Position numbers and translations under genes: made by a program. The notes below the pieces were generated by a model that was not told where the DNA came from, ran no database searches, and saw nothing but the letters and a program-made list of their open reading frames with translations. Below, piece after piece: positions 54,890-64,000 of a stretch of 64,000 bases of DNA. Positions within the stretch are counted from its first letter, which is position 1. Each line of letters opens with the position of its first letter. This DNA comes from an uncultured Bacteroidales bacterium (GTDB lineage Bacteria > Bacteroidota > Bacteroidia > Bacteroidales > JAGOPY01). The stretch covers positions 417,592 through 481,591 of the forward strand of contig CAZAZE010000001.1 of NCBI GenBank assembly GCA_964489545.1, in the 5' to 3' direction.

Positions 54890-55548
54890 ATCCTTCCTCC
54901 CTCGCAGCGGATGATCCTTGAGGGGAATTCATTAAGTAATAGGTAATTATGGGTTGCCATCAGGACAGCCCTCCCGGAAGTGCTGATTTCAAAGAGCAGC
55001 CTCATAATGTCGCGTGAAGTTTCCGGATCCAGGTTTCCGGTGGGCTCATCGGCCAGGATCAGCTGAGGATCGTTGAGCAGGGCCCTGGCGATCGCCAGCC
55101 GCTGCTGCTCGCCTCCGGAAAGCTGGTGCGGCATTTTATGACCCTTGGTCGACAGTCCAACCTTGTTCAGCACCACGCTGATCTGTTCCGCCATCTGTTT
55201 TTTATTCTTCCATCCGGTGGCTTTCAGAACGAAGATGAGGTTTTCTTCCACATTCCTGTCGCCCAGCAGCTGAAAATCCTGGAAGACGATCCCGAGCTTG
55301 CGGCGCAGGAAGGGGATTTCCCGGGGCCGGATCCGGATCAGGTCGTACCCGGCGACGCGGGCTTCACCTTCCTGGACCGGGATCTCCGCATACATGGCTT
55401 TTAAAAGAGAACTCTTCCCCGTGCCGGTCTTGCCAATCAGGTAAACAAACTCACCCGGGGCAACCTCAAGTGAAGCCCCGGAGAAGACCATCACATCCTT
55501 CTGAAAGATGGGTACGTTGCGAAAAGTTATAACTGCTTCCTGCTCCAT
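54877..55548 (-). CDS. ftsE: Cell-division ABC ATPase FtsE-like
   Basis: Walker A is GKTGTGKSSLL, the signature is LSGGEQQRLAIARAL and Walker B is LILADEPTGNLD. At 223 aa it is the typical FtsE size. Confidence 0.7.
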   Translation of the reverse strand: MEQEAVITFRNVPIFQKDVMVFSGASLEVAPGEFVYLIGKTGTGKSSLLKAMYAEIPVQEGEARVAGYDLIRIRPREIPFLRRKLGIVFQDFQLLGDRNVEENLIFVLKATGWKNKKQMAEQISVVLNKVGLSTKGHKMPHQLSGGEQQRLAIARALLNDPQLILADEPTGNLDPETSRDIMRLLFEISTSGRAVLMATHNYLLLNEFPSRIIRCEGGRIHGL

Positions 55549-56124
55549 TTATTTGACCAGCCCGCTGAACCCCATGAATGCCAGGGCCAGGATGCCTGCC
55601 GTCAGCAAAGCGATCGGCACTCCCTTCATCCCTTTGGGCATGCCCATCAGGTCAAGGTGTTCGCGGAGTCCTGCAAAGATAACCATTGCCAGCCCAAAAC
55701 CGATGGCGTTGGCCAAAGAAAATACGACACTCTGCATAAGGTTGTATTCTTTGGCGTGGACCAGCAGGGCAACGCCGAGTACGGCGCAGTTGGTCGTGAT
55801 CAGCGGAAGGAAAATGCCCAGCGCCTGGTAGAGGGGCGGTGAGATCTTTTTGAGGATGATTTCCACCATTTGAACGAGAGCAGCGATCACCAGAATAAAA
55901 CTGATCGTCTGCAGGAAGGTGATCCCGAAAGGAACCAGAACATACTGATAGATCAGCCAGGTGACGATGGTGGCCAGAACCATGACGAAGACAACCGCGG
56001 CGCTCATCCCCACCGAGGTGGATACCTTTGATGAAACGCCCAGGAACGGGCAGATCCCGAGGAATTGGGCCAGGACGATGTTAGAAACGAAGATGGCCGA
56101 AATGATGATGATGATGTATTCCAT
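55549..56124 (-). CDS. rnfA: Rnf electron-transport complex subunit A
   Basis: The N-terminus is NIVLAQFLGICPFLGVS, with six TM helices, at the last position of the rnf operon. Confidence 0.85.
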   Translation of the reverse strand: MEYIIIIISAIFVSNIVLAQFLGICPFLGVSSKVSTSVGMSAAVVFVMVLATIVTWLIYQYVLVPFGITFLQTISFILVIAALVQMVEIILKKISPPLYQALGIFLPLITTNCAVLGVALLVHAKEYNLMQSVVFSLANAIGFGLAMVIFAGLREHLDLMGMPKGMKGVPIALLTAGILALAFMGFSGLVK

Positions 56125-56134
56125 AATCCCAGGT

Positions 56135-56719
56135 TTAAGCGGTTTTCTTAATCCGGTTCATAAAAGCGATGAAATAGGCGAGGGCGATAAAAGCGCCCGG
56201 TGACAGGATGAAGACCAGGATGCCATCCCCTTCGACAAATTTGTACCCGAGAATGGAGCCGTTTCCCAATGCTTCCCGGAGTGAGCCCAGCACGAACAGG
56301 GCTGAAGTGAAGCCAAGTCCCATACCCAGGCCGTCGATGGCGGAAGAAAGTACGTTCTGCCTGGAGGCAAACGCCTCCGCGCGCCCCAGGACGATGCAGT
56401 TCACCACGATCAACGGGATGAAGATGCCCAGCGCATCATAAAGTGAAGGGGTGTAGGCCTGCATCACCAACTGCACGATGGTGACGAAAGACGCGATGAC
56501 CACGATGAAAGCGGGGATCCGAACTTTATCCGGAATGGTTGATTTGATCAATGACACCACAGTATTGGAACCAAGCAGAACAAATGTGGTGGCCAATCCC
56601 ATCCCCAGGCCGTTGATGGCGGAGGTGGTCACAGCCAGCGTGGGACACATCCCGAGCAGCAATACCAGGATCGGATTGTCCTTGATAAAGCCTTTGGTAA
56701 AATTTTTCAGCTGATTCAT
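56135..56719 (-). CDS. rnfE: Rnf complex subunit E
   Basis: From ATG 56719 the sequence is [31 protein letters not shown]. It is homologous in pattern to RnfA. Confidence 0.85.
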   Translation of the reverse strand: MNQLKNFTKGFIKDNPILVLLLGMCPTLAVTTSAINGLGMGLATTFVLLGSNTVVSLIKSTIPDKVRIPAFIVVIASFVTIVQLVMQAYTPSLYDALGIFIPLIVVNCIVLGRAEAFASRQNVLSSAIDGLGMGLGFTSALFVLGSLREALGNGSILGYKFVEGDGILVFILSPGAFIALAYFIAFMNRIKKTA

Positions 56720-56723
56720 AAGG

Positions 56724-57293
56724 CTATTCTCCTTCTTTTTGATAAACCTGGATGGCGCGATCGACCGCATCACAAAACGCGCGCGAGCTGATGGTGGCTG
56801 CCGTAATGGCATCCACCTCCCCGCCATCTTTCTTTACTTTAACCTTGAAAATAAACGGGTTTATGCCGTTAAACTGGTCTTTGAATTTCGGTTCGGCCAT
56901 TTTGGTGCCCAGGCCCGGCGTTTCTTTCTGTTGCACCACGGAAACCCCGCGGATCGTGCTGTCGGGAAGGATGCCCACCATGAGCTGGATCTGTGTCGGA
57001 TCGTAGCCCATGTTCGAATAGCTCGCGATGGCTGTTCCGATCCATTGTTCCCCGAGGAATGCCTTGTGCACCGCAACCGAGTCCTTGCCGTTCGCCGGCA
57101 TGGTCTTGTACGATTCCAGGCGGTCAAACTCCGGGAGCACCTCCCGGATGGCATTTTCCTGCTTTGCCTTGACGGCAAGGGCAATCGGTTCCTTGGTCAG
57201 GTTGTAGATCCCGCCCAGGGCCAGGGAGGCGATGAACGTGATGGCCACCAGGGAGATGATCATGTTCTTGAGTGAAGATTCTTTCTTTGCCAT
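56724..57293 (-). CDS. rnfG: Rnf complex subunit G (FMN-binding)
   Basis: An N-terminal TM is followed by an FMN_bind domain with [13 protein letters not shown]. Confidence 0.85.
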   Translation of the reverse strand: MAKKESSLKNMIISLVAITFIASLALGGIYNLTKEPIALAVKAKQENAIREVLPEFDRLESYKTMPANGKDSVAVHKAFLGEQWIGTAIASYSNMGYDPTQIQLMVGILPDSTIRGVSVVQQKETPGLGTKMAEPKFKDQFNGINPFIFKVKVKKDGGEVDAITAATISSRAFCDAVDRAIQVYQKEGE

Positions 57294-57305
57294 ATCCTTC
57301 AGGGT

Positions 57306-58304
57306 TTATTTAGCGGCAACTCCAAAGCGCCTGGGTTTAAGGCTCCTGTTGATCAGCGGTGTGAAGGCGTTCATAATGAGGATGGCGAAGGAAACGCCTT
57401 CGGGATAGCCTCCCCAGAGCCGTATGACCATGGTCAGGATGCCGCAGCCCGCTCCGAAAATGAGCATGCCGCGTGTATTGATGGGTGAGGATACCATATC
57501 GGTGGCCATGTAGAAGACGCCCAGCATCATGCCGCCGGTGACCAGGTGGAACAACGGATCGACATACTGGTTGGGATCGATCAGCCAGAAAATGCCTGAG
57601 AAAATGACCACCGACAGTATGTAGGATACCGGGATGTGCCAGGTAATGATCTTGCGGGCCAGCATGTAGACGGCACCCAGAATGAGCGCGATGGCGGAAA
57701 CCTCTCCGAGCGATCCGCCCTGGTTACCCATGAGCTCCAGCGCGTAATCCGGCATTTGCGCTTTCAGTTCGGGCACGGTCAGACCGGCGCGCAGGCCCTC
57801 CTTGAGGATGCCCAGCGTGGTCGGGCCCGTGATGGCGTCTGTGACCGCCTGCCCGCCGAAAATGGGATTGGGAACGGGCCAGCTCGTCATCTGAACCGGG
57901 AACGACATCAGCAAGAAAACACGTCCGACCAAAGCCGGGTTGAACGGGTTCTTGCCCAGGCCGCCGAAGCTCATCTTGGCCACGGCGATGGAAACAAACG
58001 CCCCGATGATCGTGATCCACACCGGCAGGTTACTGGGGACGTTGAAGGCAAGCAAAATCCCGGTGACCAGCGCGGAGCCGTCGTTGATGGTCAGCGGGCC
58101 CTTGAGCAGGTACTTCTGGATGACCCATTCAAAGAAAAGACAGGCCAGCACCGAGACCAGCATAACCCTCGCTGCGCCCAGGCCGAAAAAATAAACCGAC
58201 ACCAGCATGGCCGGTATCATGGCGATCACGACACCGTACATGATCTTATTGACCGACTGGTCGGCATGTACGTGTGGTGAACCGGATACTGTGATTAAGC
58301 CCAT
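57306..58304 (-). CDS. rnfD: Rnf complex subunit D
   Basis: It is a polytopic membrane protein of NqrB/RnfD type (SPHVH..., GGLGKNPFNPALVGR, TGPT). Confidence 0.85.
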   Translation of the reverse strand: MGLITVSGSPHVHADQSVNKIMYGVVIAMIPAMLVSVYFFGLGAARVMLVSVLACLFFEWVIQKYLLKGPLTINDGSALVTGILLAFNVPSNLPVWITIIGAFVSIAVAKMSFGGLGKNPFNPALVGRVFLLMSFPVQMTSWPVPNPIFGGQAVTDAITGPTTLGILKEGLRAGLTVPELKAQMPDYALELMGNQGGSLGEVSAIALILGAVYMLARKIITWHIPVSYILSVVIFSGIFWLIDPNQYVDPLFHLVTGGMMLGVFYMATDMVSSPINTRGMLIFGAGCGILTMVIRLWGGYPEGVSFAILIMNAFTPLINRSLKPRRFGVAAK

Positions 58305-58307
58305 ATG

Positions 58308-59648
58308 TTATTTTTTTCCTCTGTTTCTGATATTTTGACCTACTTTAAACTTGCCCAGGCGGATAAAATCGAGCAAAGGCCTGGCGGAAGGACAGGTATA
58401 ATGACAGGAACCGCATTCCATGCAATCCATGATGATGTTGGTTTCAGCCATATCCCACATTTCCCTTGCGGAGTACTGTGCCAGGAGGATAGGTTCCAGG
58501 CCCATCGGGCAGACCTGCACGCACCGGCCGCAACGGATGCACGGTTTGAGCTCAGCCCTGAGGGTATGCTCCCGGTCGAACAGCAGCACGCCGGAAGTAC
58601 CTTTAACTACAGGCACTTCCAGTGAATTCAGCGCTTTGCCCATCATGGGGCCGCCGCTGACAACCTTGCCCGTGCGCTCGATGTCGGCGCCGGATCTTCC
58701 CAGGAGTTCCTGGATGGGCGTGCCGATGCGCACCAGGTAGTTGGAAGGCTGCCCGACGGTCTTTCCCGTAACCGTTACGATGCGCTCGATCAGCGGCTTG
58801 TTTTTCTGGACGGCTTCGTAAACGGCGAATGCTGTACCCACGTTGTTGACCACGCAACCAACCTCGATCGGGAGTTTCCCGGAAGGCACTTCCCGGCCCA
58901 GCAAGGCATTGATCAGCTGTTTTTCTCCCCCCTGGGGGTATTTCACTCTGAGGCCCTGGACCGAAATGCCGGGATAACCGGTGGCAAGTTTTCGCAAGTT
59001 GGCGATCGCATCGGGCTTATTGTTTTCAATGCCAATGATGGCTTTTTCGACGCCCAAACCGCGCATCAGGATGCGCACGCCGGTCATCACCTCCGCTCCC
59101 TTTTCCAGCATCAGCCGGTGGTCGGCGGTAAGATAAGGCTCGCATTCCACCCCGTTGATGATCAGATATTCCGCTTTCTTGCCTTCCGGGACCATCAGTT
59201 TGACATGCGAGGGGAAAGTCGCACCGCCCAGGCCGACAATACCCATCTCCTGGATCTTTTTGATGATCTCCTCCCGGCTCAGGCTGATGTCGCTTTTAAG
59301 TTCCGTGCTGCGATCTATCGTTTCCACCCACTCATCACCTTCCACATTGATCACCACCGCTTTTTTACGGTAGCCAGTATGATCGATCATTTCATCTATC
59401 TTCAGCACTTTTCCCGATACGGAAGAATGAACGTTGGAAGAAATGAATGCCTCCCCTTTGGCGATTAGCTGGCCCACCTTCACGACATCCCCTTTGGCGA
59501 CGAGCGGCGTGGCCGGCGCGCCCAGGTTCTGATTCAGTGGAATGCTGACCTGTTTGGGCAGCGGGAATACTTCAACGGCACGATGCTCCGATAACTTGTT
59601 TTCGGGCGGGTGTACGCCCCCGGAGCGGAATGTCTTCAAGGCTGGCAT
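58308..59648 (-). CDS. rnfC: Rnf complex subunit C
   Basis: GGVHPPENK is near the N-terminus. An NADH-binding-like region and two 4Fe-4S motifs (CIRCGRCVQVCP and CMECGSCHYTCP) are present. Confidence 0.9.
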   Translation of the reverse strand: MPALKTFRSGGVHPPENKLSEHRAVEVFPLPKQVSIPLNQNLGAPATPLVAKGDVVKVGQLIAKGEAFISSNVHSSVSGKVLKIDEMIDHTGYRKKAVVINVEGDEWVETIDRSTELKSDISLSREEIIKKIQEMGIVGLGGATFPSHVKLMVPEGKKAEYLIINGVECEPYLTADHRLMLEKGAEVMTGVRILMRGLGVEKAIIGIENNKPDAIANLRKLATGYPGISVQGLRVKYPQGGEKQLINALLGREVPSGKLPIEVGCVVNNVGTAFAVYEAVQKNKPLIERIVTVTGKTVGQPSNYLVRIGTPIQELLGRSGADIERTGKVVSGGPMMGKALNSLEVPVVKGTSGVLLFDREHTLRAELKPCIRCGRCVQVCPMGLEPILLAQYSAREMWDMAETNIIMDCMECGSCHYTCPSARPLLDFIRLGKFKVGQNIRNRGKK

Positions 59649-59673
59649 CTGATCAGGATTTCAAATTCTTCAA

Positions 59674-60624
59674 TTAGTTTTCTGATGGCGGGGTGGCTTC
59701 ACCCGTATCTTTCGGCCTGGCTTTCTTCTCCACGGCAACGGCCGTCGGGGATACCTGTCCTTCCTGTGAAGCCGCATCACTTTCCTTCACTTTCCTGGGT
59801 GGGAAATTAAGCTCGTGGATGGCTTCCGTAGGGCAGACTTCAACACATTTCCGGCACAGTTTGCATTTATCAAAATCAATATAGGCCAGGTTATTTTCCA
59901 GGATGATGGCGTCAAACGGGCACACCTCGACGCATTTGCCGCAGCCGATGCAGGCCACCGAACAGTTCTTACGGGCCGGTCCGCCTTTTTCTTTGTTAAC
60001 GCAGCAGACGTAGATCCGGCGGTCCTTTTTGCCTTTGGGTCTCAGTTCTATGATGTTTCGCGGGCAGGCCTTGACACAAGCGCCGCAGGCCACGCATTTG
60101 TCATTCACGACCGGAAGCCCAGTTTCGGGGTCCATATGGATCGCGTCGAAGGTGCAGGCTGCCACGCAATCGCCCAGTCCGAGGCAGCCAAAGGCACAGC
60201 CACTGGTTCCCGCGTACAGGTTGTGGGCAAACGCGCAAGTCGCCGGCCCGTCGTACTGGACTTTGGAAGGAGCATGGGCAAACGAGCCATTGCATCGGAT
60301 CACCGCGATCATGGGCTCAGCTTCTGCTGCCTCGAGACCCAGTATGGCGGCGACCTTCTTCATCACATCCGACCCGCCGACCGGGCAGTTCAAACCTTCC
60401 AGGGAGTGCACATCATCTGCCTGTCTGACCAGCGCTTCGGCAAAATTCCGGCAGCCGGCAAATCCGCACCCGCCGCAGTTCGCAGCGGGCAGCGATTCCT
60501 CCACCTCGCCGATGCGCGGATCTTCGACCACTTTAAATTTCTGGGCGACGAAATACAGGACCACTGCGGCCACCAGGCCGATCGCACTGAGCGACACGAT
60601 AGCAAAGATCAATACACTGTTCAC
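59674..60624 (-). CDS. rnfB: Rnf complex subunit B
   Basis: An N-terminal TM is followed by the CGGCGFAGC cluster and several ferredoxin CxxCxxCxxxCP motifs. Confidence 0.9.
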   Translation of the reverse strand: MNSVLIFAIVSLSAIGLVAAVVLYFVAQKFKVVEDPRIGEVEESLPAANCGGCGFAGCRNFAEALVRQADDVHSLEGLNCPVGGSDVMKKVAAILGLEAAEAEPMIAVIRCNGSFAHAPSKVQYDGPATCAFAHNLYAGTSGCAFGCLGLGDCVAACTFDAIHMDPETGLPVVNDKCVACGACVKACPRNIIELRPKGKKDRRIYVCCVNKEKGGPARKNCSVACIGCGKCVEVCPFDAIILENNLAYIDFDKCKLCRKCVEVCPTEAIHELNFPPRKVKESDAASQEGQVSPTAVAVEKKARPKDTGEATPPSEN

Positions 60625-60798
60625 CGTTCTGTTCGATTTTAGTGTTCATATCTGCCCGAAAGTCCGGGCTTAAGGGCGTTGTGCCGGGCAAAAATAGGAA
60701 CAATTGTTAAAATAATAACAGATAAAAGCCAAAATCGATCAATTGGCGACTTGTTGATTATCAATAATTTAATGCGGAACCAGAAAGGTATCTAAGCA

Positions 60799-60893
60799 GA
60801 AGGCATATAAATACCCTGAAAATCATTGATTTCTATAAAAATTTAGAAACCTTCTAAATTGCCTGATCCTGATTAATTTGGAAGGCATATAAA
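60799..60893. promoter_or_regulatory. Direct repeats flanking a palindrome in the rnfB upstream region
   Basis: GAAGGCATATAAA occurs at 60799-60811 and again at 60881-60893. The pair brackets a perfect 9-bp inverted repeat, AATTTAGAA-ACC-TTCTAAATT (60840-60860). Confidence 0.35.
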
Positions 60894-60952
60894 GAAGGTT
60901 TCCGAATTCCGGGTACATGGTCGGGCCCGGTGCGGGAAAAAGAGTTGCGGGA

Positions 60953-63325
60953 TTACTGGATAATGACCTTATTGGTCACCTGCATGCCCTGGTATGCGGC
61001 TTTCATATAATAGATTCCCTTCGGGAAACGCTCAATATTCATGGAATTAGCATAGAAGCCGCCATTTACCGGGATTTTCATTTTGAAAACTTCCATTCCC
61101 TGGTTATTCACCAGTGAGAGTGTCAGGTCATGCACACCTTCCAGGCCGCTGACACGGAAATTCAGCTGGCTGGTGGCCGGGTTGGGAATGACGCTCAGGG
61201 CGAACCCACTTTCCTGTTCCTCAAAGATACCCGTGCACTGGTCGATGGTAATTTTTACCCGGTCGGATGCGGAACCGGCGCAGGGCAGCGAATCATAAGC
61301 GAACATTCTGAGCCATACATAACCCCGGGTGATGTCCTCAGTGCCGGGGGTATAAACCGGCGTGAGGATCGAATCATTATCAAAAATACCATCACCGTCG
61401 GCTTTCCAGAATAGGGCATTGTGGTACATGGCCGTCCCGCTCAGCTGGATGCTTTCCCCGGCGCAGATCGTGGAATCGGGTCCGGCATTGGCCGTTGCCT
61501 TGGGCGATAGGGTCAGCAGCAGCGTATCCGAGTCGGTTTGGCCCGGGATATACCCGTCGACATCCACCCAGAGGGTTACCTGCCCTGATTCCATGTCCTG
61601 CTGGCCGCGCAGATAAGTAGCCTGCACCGCGTAAGGATCGAGAAAGAATCCGTCGCCTGAGGTCTGCCAGAAGACCGATTGCTGGTACAATGCTGTGGCG
61701 GTGTTGGCATAAAAAGCCGATGCCGCGCAAATCGTCGTGTCGTTGCCGGCATAAATATCCGGAGGAAGGATGGGCCCGAAATCGAAAGAGGCGATGCGCG
61801 TCTTCCAGCCGCTGCGCTGATATTCGGTGGTGAACCAGAAGGTCGTATCATCGGATGGGTCGACCGAGAGGCAGGAGTAGTCGCCCCAGCGCTCTATTCC
61901 CGACTGGGAGCCGGTTCCGCTCACGATGGCGATCTCATCCAGGTTCATCTCTCCGAGTGGTGCATTGGCTCGCCTGCCTACATAGTAGACAGAGGGATAA
62001 GTAACCGAGCTGGCCCGGCTGAATCCCAGGGCGATATCCCCGTTGCCGTTCATGGCGATGCTGCCCATCCAGCGGTTCTCCCCATCTGGCGGCGCATAAG
62101 TTCCCTGCTGGTAAATGTACCAGTTATCGGTTTCCTTGCGCAGTTCATACCAGCGGATCCCCGCCCGGCCACTGCCGGCGTTGACCGTATGATTGGCCAC
62201 CAGGGTCTGGTAATCGCCAAAATTGCGGTACTGAAGCCTGAACATGATCATAACGGCCAGATCGTCGAGACGGGTCGATGTGCCGGGTTGCGGAATTCCG
62301 TTCAGATTGGGGTTGAAGGATGCCGGCTGCAGCGTGGCAACCTGGGTGAAGGATGAATTGGCCGGATTGCTCCAGTCCACATCGAATTCATAGATCTCTA
62401 GGTTCTGGTTAGAGTATGTCCTCAGGTGGGCGAAATAACATGGCGCTCCTGCCGGTGGCGGGGTGCCGTCGAAATCGGCCGGAAGCATGCTGAAGGTGCC
62501 GGAAGGCTGGTTGTAATAGACCATACGGGCATCGGGAACGCCGGCAAGCATGGAATCGCGCTCGAAGGCGGCCACCCCTACCCTTGTGTAGCTTCCAAAC
62601 ATGTTGAATGTAGCGTAATAGGCATCCGGCCAGACCGAGAGCTTCGGATAATCATTAAAAGCCGGCATCTGGAATGCGTAGCGGTGATAGGCGCCTAAAG
62701 GATCCGGCGTCGCCGAAACGGCGACCAGTTGCCAGTACGTACCGTTTGAGGTATTGATGGCGAACTGTGAGGCCATCCAGCGGTCGGCCAGCTCATCGTA
62801 CAGTACGATGGGGTCGCCGTCGTTGGTCCCGGTCCACGGTCCGATAAAGCCGTTCCAGAGCGTGCTGTTGTCGACCGGACCATAAAGCTGGTTCCCCTGT
62901 TTGTCCCAAATAGCGAACGACAGGTTGATCATCTGGAAATAATGGTTGGGGCCCACATCGCCGTCGGTATCCGGAGGATAAACCCCGTTGACGTTGCCTA
63001 CTCCGTCGTGATTGACGATTGGACCGGTAATCTCACGGGAAGAGGAATATTGGGTCTGCAGGACCGGATCGGTAAAATCTGCAGGTAGATCGATCTCCTT
63101 GTTCCGGAAATCATCTTCCATGGACTTGTTTTCAATGATGTTGTCTTTCCAGGATCTGTCGCGCTCGCCCGGAAGGATGATGGGCATATCCCGCAATGGG
63201 GGAGTGATGTCAAAATAGGCGGCTTTGGTCACCAAAGGCCCTTCGTCGTTTCCGGTCGCCTGCCCGGATGCAGTGATCGCCAGCAACAAGGCCAGTCCAA
63301 ACAAAAAGTAGTTCTTCAAAAGCAT
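60953..63325 (-). CDS. Secreted protein of unknown function with T9SS C-terminal sorting domain
   Basis: There is a signal peptide (LLLAITASGQA) and a large N-terminal domain with propeller-like strings (WGDYSCLSVDPSDDTTFWFT). The tail is VIPNPATSQLNF...GIYYMKAAYQGMQVTNKVIIQ. Confidence 0.7.
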   Translation of the reverse strand: MLLKNYFLFGLALLLAITASGQATGNDEGPLVTKAAYFDITPPLRDMPIILPGERDRSWKDNIIENKSMEDDFRNKEIDLPADFTDPVLQTQYSSSREITGPIVNHDGVGNVNGVYPPDTDGDVGPNHYFQMINLSFAIWDKQGNQLYGPVDNSTLWNGFIGPWTGTNDGDPIVLYDELADRWMASQFAINTSNGTYWQLVAVSATPDPLGAYHRYAFQMPAFNDYPKLSVWPDAYYATFNMFGSYTRVGVAAFERDSMLAGVPDARMVYYNQPSGTFSMLPADFDGTPPPAGAPCYFAHLRTYSNQNLEIYEFDVDWSNPANSSFTQVATLQPASFNPNLNGIPQPGTSTRLDDLAVMIMFRLQYRNFGDYQTLVANHTVNAGSGRAGIRWYELRKETDNWYIYQQGTYAPPDGENRWMGSIAMNGNGDIALGFSRASSVTYPSVYYVGRRANAPLGEMNLDEIAIVSGTGSQSGIERWGDYSCLSVDPSDDTTFWFTTEYQRSGWKTRIASFDFGPILPPDIYAGNDTTICAASAFYANTATALYQQSVFWQTSGDGFFLDPYAVQATYLRGQQDMESGQVTLWVDVDGYIPGQTDSDTLLLTLSPKATANAGPDSTICAGESIQLSGTAMYHNALFWKADGDGIFDNDSILTPVYTPGTEDITRGYVWLRMFAYDSLPCAGSASDRVKITIDQCTGIFEEQESGFALSVIPNPATSQLNFRVSGLEGVHDLTLSLVNNQGMEVFKMKIPVNGGFYANSMNIERFPKGIYYMKAAYQGMQVTNKVIIQ

Positions 63326-63405
63326 GTAGATCTGATGTTTATTTAGTCGATTTAATGAAATCCGATGATCTGTTTCTCTGATCCAGTCCTAACAATTCTC
63401 AGGAC

Positions 63406-63831
63406 TTATTGTTCAGCGTCTTCTATCCTGAACCTGAACTCCTTCCTGATCCGGTGCCGAAAGAGGTACAGCCCAAAATAATACGGCCCCAGCATCAGCA
63501 GGCTGAGCAAGGCGGCCAGTCCCTCGTGCCGGATGACCGAAAGGAATACGGCAACCGCGGCAACCAGAACAAAGAGCGGGACAACATAACCCAGAATCAC
63601 TGCCTTTGTACCCAATGATTCCCGCATGCTTACCATGACCTGTGCTCCTGCGCGCCATTCAGTGGAATGATCGTCGTCGATTTCCACGATTTTTTCTTCC
63701 ATCTCGGCCAGGTTACAGTATTTCTGAGCCTGGCAGCTGCTGCATGCAGAGCGTGACAGGATGCGTACCCTGATCACGCCGTCAGAAATGCTTTCGATAA
63801 TGCCTGGATGGATAATGGTGCCGGTAGCCAT
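63406..63831 (-). CDS. rseC: RseC/MucC-family (SoxR-reducing system) protein
   Basis: GIIESISDGVIRVRILSRSACSSCQAQKYC is followed by two C-terminal TM helices. This is the family usually encoded directly upstream of rnf genes. Confidence 0.7.
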   Translation of the reverse strand: MATGTIIHPGIIESISDGVIRVRILSRSACSSCQAQKYCNLAEMEEKIVEIDDDHSTEWRAGAQVMVSMRESLGTKAVILGYVVPLFVLVAAVAVFLSVIRHEGLAALLSLLMLGPYYFGLYLFRHRIRKEFRFRIEDAEQ

Positions 63832-64000
63832 CTGGGTCCGCTCAGATTTCGCGCGGCAAAGATAGCAAAACTATCATTGCTGGTGAATGGTGAATGAATC
63901 ACCCGGCTGGATGCTGAAAACGGCTCCCGGCTCCACCTGAACGGCCCTGCATTTGCGGGGTGAACCGCTGTTCGACAGCGGCCAGAACCCGCCCTGGGGA

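Noticed and set aside
59815-60673. 275-aa and 214-aa plus-strand ORFs
   Set aside because: They are antisense to rnfB, whose Cys-cluster motifs are unambiguous.
63899-64000. Open minus-strand frame reaching the right edge (...LAAVEQRFTPQMQGRSGGAGSRFQHPAG*)
   Set aside because: Only 33 codons are visible and no motif is present. I cannot distinguish a real gene 3' end from a chance GC-rich ORF.

Overview
The window looks like Bacteroidota chromosome. Supporting signs are several T9SS-type C-terminal sorting domains, a Bacteroidetes-type tyrosine integrase, TAnnTTTG-like -7 boxes, the tmRNA tag GENNFALAA and an rnfBCDGEA operon. It splits into two very different parts.

(1) Positions 1 to about 18200 are visibly AT-rich (judged by eye, not computed). 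They form an integrated mobile island next to the 3' end of a minus-strand tmRNA gene (ssrA, 18201-18592).
- The island backbone has an integrase, an RteC-like protein, an excisionase-type HTH protein and a rolling-circle Rep-like protein.
- The cargo is dense in defence genes: a type I-like HsdR plus a fused HsdM-HsdS, a PIN-like ORF, an Mrr-family endonuclease, dcm-vsr, radC plus a J-domain gene, and a truncated UvrD-like helicase at the left edge.
- It also holds a tight cassette of unassignable ORFs with nuclease-like motifs (4633-7166, plus 3949-4575). This cassette is my best candidate for an undescribed system.

(2) Positions about 18600-64000 are GC-richer core genome.
- Small-protein genes: an H1-like lysine/alanine-rich protein and YegP.
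- Secreted proteins: two paralogous lamin-tail-domain T9SS proteins flanking a GH38-like hydrolase, an S9 peptidase and an SBBP propeller.
- Cell-wall genes: a putative MurL/MurD2 pair (alternative D-Glu route for peptidoglycan) and murB.
- Housekeeping genes: ribosomal protein Thx with a long basic tail, fmt, HU, Mpg, RecQ, purB, an MsbA-like ABC exporter, pyrK-pyrD, two glycosyltransferases and ftsE.
- Electron transport: rnfBCDGEA, separated from its usual RseC-like partner by a T9SS cargo gene.

The core part also carries several short-period tandem arrays (8-mer and 7-mer), a recurring hairpin element and a CGCAGAT inverted-repeat array.

I recognised no rRNA, tRNA or CRISPR array. All calls rest on motif reading of the supplied translations and on manual inspection of the DNA. 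No database search was run.
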